DNA of 62,833 nucleotides from Fonticula alba ATCC 38817. Lineage: Eukaryota > Protista > Nucleariida. A program made the translations under genes and the position numbers. The stretch lies in assembly GCA_000388065.2 (NCBI GenBank), contig KB932205.1; one strand, given 5' to 3'. The notes under the pieces are model-generated. The model was not told where the DNA came from and made no database searches. It saw nothing but the letters and a program-made list of their open reading frames with translations. Below, one piece after another: positions 54,058-62,833 of the stretch (position 1 is the first letter of the stretch; the number at the start of each line of letters is the position of its first letter).

Positions 54058-55168
54058 CTGACTACTACGCCAGAGTTCTGCGTCTGCCAAGCGCCGGGAG
54101 CGAGCGCGCTGCACGGCGCCCGGCGCGCCCGGCGGCCGATATGTTTTTGACATGGTCGTCCTCTCTCCGGGACATGGCGGTGCGTGTGCCAGTCACAGCG
54201 GGGGAGGGCAGGTGCGGGAGGTGGGTGGTTTCTGGGCTCTTTTCGTCTTCTTCCTTAGTCTGCCCTTTGCTCCCGATGGCCGGCGACCTTCGGACCAGGG
54301 GATGCCGGCAAGCCAACATGCTGACTGGATGGACCAGAATTTGACGGCATGCATGGCCCGGAGGGAAAGGGAGCAGCTGGACGCGAGCGCCTCGCCCGTG
54401 GCGCCGCTCATCCCCTTGACCCTGGAGATGACCCTCTTTCTGGAGCCGCTGGGTGACGAGGTGACCGGGGCCTTGCGGGGCCGGGGCCTGTTGAAGGCCG
54501 AGCGCGATCGATGGCGGGCGCACCTGGCCGCCGGGGTGGTGGCCGCACCGGGCACCGGGCAGGGGCTGGCTCTGGCCATGTATGATGCCCTGGGGGTGCT
54601 GCTCAATGCCCTTCGTCGAACGCACGACCTTCTGGAGGCTGACGGGCCCGACGGGCTGGCGGCCGGCGACATGACTGATGTGTGCCTCGGCGGCGAGGCC
54701 CGGCTGGAGCTGCTGGCAGCCGGCTCCCGCGAGCCGGGCCTCATCGTGCGCATCACGCCGCAACTGCGGGAGGTGCGTGAGCGTGGGGCCGGTGCGTCTG
54801 CGATCGGCCCGCTGGCCATGGAGGCCGCGGCCGGGGTCCGCCAGGCCCTGCACCAGCTGGCCTGCATGGGCGTGCCGGTCATCTCGGATGTGGACTCCTC
54901 CGGGCGAGTTCCGCCACAGCAGATGGCAGCCGGGGGCGCCACCGACCCGGCCCCATGCGAGTGGTGCCTGGCCAATACGCGGGAGCTCGGGGTGCGCCGG
55001 GTGAATGCCCTCCGTCGGTTGGCCTCCGAACGTCCCAGCATGCCGGTGACCAGCTTTGAGGACATCGCTCGAGTGTTGGACCCGGCCCGAGTGGGGGGCT
55101 TTACCCGGACGGCGGCGGCCATCGAGCGAGCGGCCGTGGCGTGCCTCGGCGAGCTGGCCCCCGAGTAA
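54058..55168 (+). CDS. Hypothetical coding exons, probably the 3' continuation of the glycosyltransferase-like gene
   Basis: Exon 54058-54179 (DYYARVLRLP...RDMA) splices via intron 54180-54298 (GTGCGT...CAG) in frame to GMPASQHADWMDQNLTACMARRE...LGELAPE* (TAA 55166-55168). It begins with a splice acceptor, so an upstream exon is required. Confidence 0.55.
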
Positions 55169-55564
55169 GGCCCCGGTGCCGGCGGAATGCCGGACGGACG
55201 AGGAAGCCCCGCAGAGGGGGCGCCGCAGGGGGGATTAAAATAGAACGCAAGCAAACAGACCACACGCCACCATCTTGGCGCAGGCCTGGCAAGGGCGGCG
55301 GTACTGGGGGCGGGTGTGTGTGTGTGTGTGTGTGTGTGTGGCCGGCCTGAGGTATGGCTGTTTGGTGGGGGGCGTCGGCCCATTTCGCCGAATGCTACCT
55401 ATCTCTCATTGGCTTGCTTGGTCCCCGTCCGCCGGTTTGAATGGTGATTGCCTGGGCGGATGTGTTTCTGGAAGCGACCGGCCGGCCACGATGGCCCCTG
55501 CAATAATGACACAAGCACAAGGCCCAGGGCAAAGCAGGGGGAAGACCATCAGATGGGGGCAAGA

Positions 55565-55633
55565 GCGGTGGAGGCGAGTCAGGGCAGTGGAGGCGAGTCG
55601 GGGCAGTGGAGGCGAGTCGGGGCAGTGGAGGCG
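55565..55633. repeat. 19-bp minisatellite, about 3.6 copies
   Basis: gc(a/g)gtggaggcgagtc(a/g)gg at 55565, 55584 and 55603; partial copy at 55622. Confidence 0.85.
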
Positions 55634-55974
55634 TGCAAAAAGACCGGGTCGAAAACAACCCGGCCAAGAGGCACACGACCGGCAAGGCAAACAACAATGT
55701 CAGCAGTCGGTACCCGGCGCGGAAGACCCAAGATCCGGGAGCCGAGGCCGGGGGGAGACGCCAGAGACACGGACATGCCGGCGAATGTGCCCCCGGGTGG
55801 CTCGGCGTCTCGCACAATGGCGGGTGCCAGCCCAGAGGGCGGGAAGGTGGCCTCGTCGTGCAGAGTACAGATCGGAGGGAGCGGCCAGCCGGAGGGTCCC
55901 CTGCCGGGTTTCCGGTGGAAGAGAGAATGGACCGAATCGGGGAGGATCCTCTTTCCAGGAGGAGGAGAAGGAAG

Positions 55975-56009
55975 AAAAATGACGGAGCCCCCTCCTGAGG
56001 AGGGGGCTC
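55975..56009 (-). terminator. Pol III T5 terminator preceded by a perfect 12-bp GC-rich inverted repeat
   Basis: Arms gagccccctcct (55985-55996) and aggagggggctc (55998-56009) separated by 1 nt; aaaaa at 55975-55979 is T5 on the tRNA strand. Confidence 0.6.
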
Positions 56010-56018
56010 TCAGTGAGT

Positions 56019-56091
56019 CAACCGAACTGGGGATCGAACCCAGGGTCTCTCGCTCCGGAGGCGAGCGCGTTATCCACTTCGCCATTCGGTT
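56019..56091 (-). tRNA. tRNA-Arg(CCG), 73 nt, intronless
   Basis: Reverse complement AACCGAA TG GCGAAGTGGATAACGC G CTCGC CTCCGGA GCGAG AGACC CTGGG TTCGATC CCCAG TTCGGTT G: full cloverleaf, A-box TGGCGAAGTGG, B-box GGTTCGATCCC, anticodon CCG. Confidence 0.95.
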
Positions 56092-58203
56092 GGTGTGGGG
56101 AGCTTTCAAAAAGCGGCTTTTAAGCAGGACGGTTTTCTCGAGTGCCGGGCCGACACATGCGGACTGGGCGCTCCGCGAACTTGGTCCATGCAGAGACAAA
56201 TCTCAGCCCGAAAATGGCGTGAATGACATTGTCTTAATTGTGTCTTGCGGGATATCGCTGCATGCAGTCGCGCCAGTTACATCCGGTGTGTGGGCGTGGT
56301 CGCCGTTGGCCAGCCTCCCCGGCAGGAGGATCCACACGCCCCGCCCCCCCCCCCCCCGTCCATAACAACTGGGGGGCCATACGGCGCCTGGTCAGAACGC
56401 CCTTGGCGCCGCGCTCCAGGCGTGTCAGGGCATGCGGGAGCGGGAGGGCCGGAGGAAGGGCACACGACGATGGCCGGGGGGGGGGGGGGGCCGCATCGGC
56501 GGGGCCGGGCGGGTGTTTTTCAAGGTGCGCTTACACGCACGCCTGTGTCCGTGTGGGTGTCACAACACTGGGGATGCGCCGCCATCGTGTGTGCGTCGGG
56601 GTGTGCATGTATTCTCCGCGCGCGCGCGCGCGCGCACGGTCATTTGCTCGGGTTCGCCAGTGGGCGTCAACATCCCCACGACGGGATGCGCACGTGCACG
56701 GGGGGGGGGGGGGCAAGTGCGTAGGTGTGCCTCCGGCGCCCGGCGACGGACGATGACGACGGTGACAGTGGCTGGGACCGGGGAGGGGAGGGGGACACCA
56801 GCGAACCGCTGCGGCCCATGTGTGCTCCGGGGACCAAACCGTTTGTCGCCGACGGGCGCGAACACGCCGACAAGCGGGATTCCGTGAATCTCCATCCCCG
56901 GGAACGTTCGCGCGCCGTAGCATGGGAAGGGCATGTGCGGGCGCCGGCGGGCCCGGGTCCCGACAGGCGGGGGGTGTCCTTCGCGGGCGTGTGTGTTTGT
57001 GTGCGGCGCCCCCCAAGGGCCAAGTGGACCGGGCACAGGATCGCCATTGCTCGCGAAGGCGAAAGCCGATGACGCAAAGGCCCGGCAGGGCGCTCGGGCG
57101 GGGCGGGGGGTGGGGGATGCCGGCGAGGGATGACCGCCGAGACACTGTTGGCGAGGGCGCACACGGATACGCGAGCGGGGGCGGAGCGGGAGAGGCAGGC
57201 CGACAGGCATGCACACCGGGCTGGCGCTCCCGCCCCGGGCGGTGAACAAGAGCAGCTCCGGGGCGGGAGGGCTGTGCTGGGCAACAGGCACGCACCCAGA
57301 GCGGCCCGGCATTCGCCGCTCCCCGCCCCCGATGGTGTCGTTGCCCACAGGGGGAGAGCTGGGTCCGAAGAGGAGGAGGATGCTGGCTAATGGGCACCTC
57401 GGGGGGGGGGCGAAAGCCGCGGGGAGATGATGCACCAGCCGCCCGGCGATGATGGACCGGTCCGGGAGGTATGCCACGACATGCGCAAGGCCAGACCCGG
57501 CTGCCGGCTGTGCGGGAATGGCGGCCCCGGTCCATTGCCCTTGATCCGAGCGTCAGCGGAGGGCGAAGAGGGGCCCCACTTTCGCCCTTGGCTTTCGCCG
57601 CCCGGGCGAGAGGGCACCGAATGGGCTGCCGTCGTGCGGCCGGCCGTCTCTCAGGGCAAGGCCAACGCGCCGGGGCCGGCTACCAGCCTAAAGGTGTGCG
57701 CTCCCCTCCTCCCCTTCCCCCGAGGCCTCGGAGCGCTGGTGGAGGGCGGGGAGCCAACGAGTAGGCCGGGCCTGCTGTCACCCTGGCCGGCGCTGGGGCC
57801 GGCCAGCGGGGGGCCATGCTCTCCCGGGGACGGGGGCCCCGCCGAGCATCGCCCCCCGAAGCGAGACGCAGAGGCAGGGGCAGGTGCGCAAGGCCGTCAG
57901 TTCGCAGAGGAGCCCCGCGTGTCCGGCCGTGGGGCGCAGGGGAGGGGGGGGGCTAATGAGTAGGCTTGAACGAGCATATTGTATTTCATTATCGGGCCAT
58001 GTGGAGGGCGCATGCCCAATGATGGCCCGGGGTGGCGGGGACGGGGGCGCCGGGGGGGGGNNNNNNNNNNNNNNNNNNNNNNNNNNNNNNNNNNNNNNNN
58101 NNNNNNNNNNNNNNNNNNNNNNNNNNNNNNNNNNNNNNNNNNNNNNNNNNNNNNNNNNNNNNNNNNNNNNNNNNNNNNNNNNNNNNNNNNNNNNNNAACT
58201 CCG

Positions 58204-58250
<47 letters not shown>

Positions 58251-58852
58251 ACCCCCCCCCTCTCCGCCCGCCTCCTGCGGTCCCCACCCCCCCGGGGGGG
58301 GCGCAGGCGCCCCGCCCCGGGGGGTGTGATAGTAAAAAGCGGGGGGGGCCCCCCCCCCCGGCGGGGGGGGGGGGGCGCCCCCCCCCGTCGGGGGGGGGCC
58401 CCCGCCGGCGGCCGGGGGGCGCCCCCCCGGGGGGGGGGGGGGGGGGGGGGGGGGCAAGCACATGGGTCACGCGCAGCTGAGCCCGCGGAAGCCGCCGGCA
58501 GGCGACCCGGGAGGGGGGGGGGGACGGGGCAGGGAATGTGGCCGGGCCTATGGCCAGTGCCACGCCGCGAGTGAGACCTGCGAATATAAAATGTGATTTA
58601 ACGCCTCCCGACCGAGGGCTGGGGCTTCAACCGGGTGCGTGCGGCAGGGCCCGGCCGGACAATCCCTGCCCCTCCGGGAAGGATTGCACTGGAGAGGGCA
58701 CCGGGGGTGGGCGCCCTCTTTGCATTCTGGCCACCGGTCTCGGTGCTGGCCGACTCTCCCCGCGGTCGTAGGCGAACAGCCAAGCACGGTCGGCGGCGGA
58801 CTGCGGGCCTGGGGGGGGGGGGCGCGGCGCGGGACGGCGCCGCCAGGCGGAG

Positions 58853-58888
<36 letters not shown>

Positions 58889-61800
58889 CCCCCCCCCCGG
58901 CCCCGCCCCCGGGACCGGCCCCCGTTCCACCTCTCCGGCGGCTTAGGCGAGCCGAGCAAACATTGCTGGCCTCTCTCCCCCATGGCGCAGGGGCAAGTTG
59001 CCGAGAAGCGGGGGCGGGGGCCATCACGCGCGCGTCCTTGTCCCCACGTCGTCGTTGTCTGCGCGTGTGCGCGCGGGCGTGGTACTTCAACAAGAGCAGT
59101 GCTCATCGACCGGGGGAGGGGGGGGGAGGAAGGCGGGCCGGCAGAGCCGAGCCGTGCGGGATGGCCGAGCGTGCCGGGAAGTGCAATCCCGCTCCGGGCG
59201 TGCATCTTCAGCGCGGCCATCATGCTGTGGGAGTGCCNNNNNNNNNNNNNNNNNNNNNNNNNNNNNNNNNNNNNNNNNNNNNNNNNNNNNNNNNNNNNNN
59301 NNNNNNNNNNNNNNNNNNNNNNNNNNNNNNNNNNNNNNNNNNNNNNNNNNNNNNNNNNNNNNNNNNNNNNNNNNNNNNNNNNNNNNNNNNNNNNNNNNNN
59401 NNNNNNNNNNNNNNNNNNNNNNNNNNNNNNNNNNNNNNNNNNNNNNNNNNNNNNNNNNNNNNNNNNNNNNNNNNNNNNNNNNNNNNNNNNNNNNNNNNNN
59501 NNNNNNNNNNNNNNNNNNNNNNNNNNNNNNNNNNNNNNNNNNNNNNNNNNNNNNNNNNNNNNNNNNNNNNNNNNNNNNNNNNNNNNNNNNNNNNNNNNNN
59601 NNNNNNNNNNNNNNNNNNNNNNNNNNNNNNNNNNNNNNNNNNNNNNNNNNNNNNNNNNNNNNNNNNNNNNNNNNNNNNNNNNNNNNNNNNNNNNNNNNNN
59701 NNNNNNNNNNNNNNNNNNNNNNNNNNNNNNNNNNNNNNNNNNNNNNNNNNNNNNNNNNNNNNNNNNNNNNNNNNNNNNNNNNNNNNNNNNNNNNNNNNNN
59801 NNNNNNNNNNNNNNNNNNNNNNNNNNNNNNNNNNNNNNNNNNNNNNNNNNNNNNNNNNNNNNNNNNNNNNNNNNNNNNNNNNNNNNNNNNNNNNNNNNNN
59901 NNNNNNNNNNNNNNNNNNNNNNNNNNNNNNNNNNNNNNNNNNNNNNNNNNNNNNNNNNNNNNNNNNNNNNNNNNNNNNNNNNNNNNNNNNNNNNNNNNNN
60001 NNNNNNNNNNNNNNGGTCCGCGCTGGCGCCTCGGTCTCGCGGCCGGCGAGGCTGGGCGTCAGGTGGCCCGGGGTGCGGGCCGCCGGCCGAGGCGCATGCG
60101 CTTGGAAGCCCCCCTCCCCCCCCCCCACTGGGAGCGGTGCCCCGGGCCTTGGTGCTTGGGCCTTCTTCGCACTGGTGCAGGCCCACGCCGGGTTGCTCGC
60201 CGGGATCCGGAGATTGGTGTGGGGACGACGTGTGCCGGGCGGTTGTCCGACCGACGCGCTGTGGCCGGGCCCCGCCGAAGGCACCGAAGGCCAACCCTTG
60301 CCCTTTTCCTCTCCCCCCCCTCTGTGCCTCTCTGCGGTCCATCTGTCTTGCTCCCTGCATTTCTCCCTTGTTTCTCCGTCGGCGCTAACGGGAATAGTCC
60401 TCGCGAGACGGCTATCCCGGCCCGATAAGCGACTATCCCCGTTGGCCGGGCCTGGGCTGGTGCTGGCCTCGACGCCGACCAGAAGGTCCCAACCAGACGT
60501 GCAGGGAGAGGGCGGCGCAGGGGCGGGACCGGGGCTGGGGCAGGAGCCGGAGCCGGAACCGGGGCCGGGGCCGGGGGAGGGGGGGGTCACCTAAAAAATG
60601 CCCACCCCTGGGGCTGTGGGGGCGAGGCAATCTATGACCACTGGCATCCAGAGCCCGGGCGAGCGCCGTTCGCCCTACTCCAGCGTCGGGTGTGTGTATA
60701 TGTGCATGTATGTTGGTCGGCCGCCGCAACTCCCCTGCTCTCCGCGCCCCCCACCCCCCTAAAAGGCAAGAATCCCCGAGCACGCATTTGTAATTTGCTC
60801 TCGCTCTGCGCCCCTGGCGGGGAAGGGCAGGGGCCAACCACCAAGCGGAGAGGCGCTTTTACAGGTGCGTGAGCGTGTCCCACTTTATCTTCCTCCCCAG
60901 AGGCCCGGCCACCGCAGCCCGCCCTTTGAGGCCACCAAGTGGGGGGGGGGGGGAGCACTAATGCTCGCCCCCGCTGCCCCCCTCGTCCCCCCGGCGTCGG
61001 TGCTGGCTCAGCTATTCGCCAAGGGGGCTGGAGACGGTGTCTTTCTCTCGGCGACTCGGGGCGGGGGGTGGGGGGGGGGAGAGGAGGGGGGCACGGCCCC
61101 CCGGCAGGCCCTCCTGCCCCGTCGTCCCTTCCTTCGGCCCCCCCCCCCCCCCCCCCACCCCCCTCGCCGCGTGCGTAACTTAGGGCCGCGGTGCGCTGGC
61201 AAGGTGGCGAGCGAATGTACAAGATTCTTGGTGGACGAAGCGAGGCAACACACGCATGTGTCTGGGGGATCCGGCCGGGGGCCTTTGTTTGTGTGTGGCA
61301 CCGCGGCACACACCGGGCACGGCCACGTCCTGCGGGGGGGACCCGTTTGCCGCCCTTGCCCCCCGGCCCTCTCGGAGCCCCGGGGACCTGTCCGCCGGCT
61401 GCCTGCCGGGGGCCGGCCCTGGCCGGCATGTTCTGTGTCTGTCTCCTTCTCCCTCTCTCTCTCTCTTTCTCTCTCTCTCGCGGTCGGCGGGTTGTGGCCG
61501 GCACATGGCCCCCATTCACTTGGCGCGGGCTCGGGGGGACCGAAGGGTGGACAAGCCACGGCGGGCTGCTTGCCGGGGGTGCGCTTCGCCGTTCAGGAGC
61601 CGGCGCCCTTGCATCGATGCCACGCCTGGGCGGGAGGGGGGGGGGCGGGGCAAACTGGCGGCAGAGGCACATGTACATACGTGTGTGTCGGCGGGCCAGT
61701 GCGGCGGCCAGAGAGAGAAGGTCCGGGGGTTGGTGCTCAGACTCCCCGGCCTCGCTCTGCGCAGAGAGGGGGCAGTGGCCCCCGCCCCGGCCACCCCCCG

Positions 61801-62617
61801 CGCTTCCCACATCCACTTGGGGGCCGCGCACCGTCAGTAGCCTTTTCATGGTGTGATGCGTCACCGGGTCGCGAGGGCGGGCCACCACCGAGTCCGGGTA
61901 TGTGTGCATTCACACCCAGGGTGTGGCGCCGACACGCCGGGTCCCAGCCGCGCGTCCAACCGCGCCGCGCGCCCGCGCCATTGCTTTCCCGAGCCGGGCG
62001 CCCGCGGCGGTCGTCGGAGAGGGGCGGGGGCAGGGGGGCAAACTCCCGGGCGCCCCCCCCCCCCCCCCCACCCCCCCCCCCACCCCCCAACACCCACCCC
62101 CCCCCACACACGCCCCCCCACACACCCCCCCCCCCCCCCCCCCCCCCCCCGCCCGCTGCCCCGCGAGGGCCTGTACCACCATCGGCCGGCCAGCGACGAA
62201 GCGCACAGACTGGGGGCCCTGTTCGCATCTAGGGAAGACCGTCCCCTCTCCCTCCCCCCCCCCCTGGGACCCAGTCTTGCACCGGGAGAATCCCCTTCTC
62301 GCTGACGCTGTTTAGAGGGAACCAAGCTTGCGCCCGCCCAGATGGGGCCGCCCGGCATCCATCCATTCCTCCCCTGCCTCTCCCAGCCCGCAATAGCCCT
62401 CTCCCTCCTCCCCCGTTCTCCCCTCCACACGCACACAGCAGCCCGCCCCGCCGCGTCGTGGCCGCCTGCGCTCCTTCCATCCATTTTCCGTCGTCTCCTC
62501 TAGCCGCACGACCTTCCCTCCACACCCGGCGCAGGCGGCTCCTTTCCCACACGCCCCCACTCGTCCCTCCTGTTTTCTTTTGGCATAAAGCTGTGCGTGT
62601 GCATCCGCTCCCGCGCG

Positions 62618-62833
62618 CTCTCCCCCCCCCCCCCCCCCCCTCCCCCCCCCCCCCCCCCCCCCCCCCTCCCCCCTTCCCCTCCTTTCCCTTCCTCCCCCCC
62701 TCCCCTCCCCCCCTCCCCCCCCCCCTTTTCCCCCCCCTTCTCCCCCCCCTTCCCCCCCCCCTCCCTCTTCCCCTCCCCCCCCCCCTCCCCCCCCCCTCCC
62801 CCCTCTCTCTCCCTCTCCCCTCTCTTTTCTCTC
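62618..62833. repeat. Pyrimidine-only low-complexity tract at the window end
   Basis: About 216 nt containing only C and T. Confidence 0.85.

Noticed and set aside
56560-57963. Possible gene (ORFs 56725-57072, 57130-57390, 57427-57963)
   Set aside because: No recognisable motif and no consistent splice path; cannot be supported
61178-61185. TTAGGG telomere-like hexamer
   Set aside because: Single occurrence, no array

Overview
GC-rich, intron-containing eukaryotic nuclear scaffold from a draft short-read assembly, with many N gaps, poly-G/C runs and (GT)n/(GA)n microsatellites. The monofunctional fungal-type URA3, ATP10, ELMO and UIM-bearing epsin suggest a unicellular opisthokont, possibly a Fonticula-like holomycotan (inference). 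Supported genes, in order: a decayed multi-exon pseudogene (~0.1-4.4 kb), mitochondrial citrate carrier, ATP10, a strongly divergent UPF1-like helicase, NTF2, ATP synthase epsilon, mitoribosomal mL44, an intron-containing bacterial-type Rid1 (YjgF-like) gene, AP-3 beta (exon blocks out of order), MetAP2, TatD, ELMO, URA3, epsin, a type II membrane protein with a GT-A-like domain followed by a degenerate GT77-like domain, a probable continuation ORF, and tRNA-Arg(CCG) with a perfect hairpin plus T5 in its trailer. The assembly is visibly damaged: an Illumina adapter at 10878-10896, and chimeric or duplicated fragments at about 29.2-34.7 kb. The best biological leads are the divergent UPF1 paralog, the Rid1 gene-transfer candidate, the two-domain glycosyltransferase-like protein, the GTRCG 5' splice-site consensus and the tRNA trailer hairpin. 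No CRISPR array, rRNA or recognisable mobile element was seen. Exon boundaries were read by eye and are approximate unless stated.
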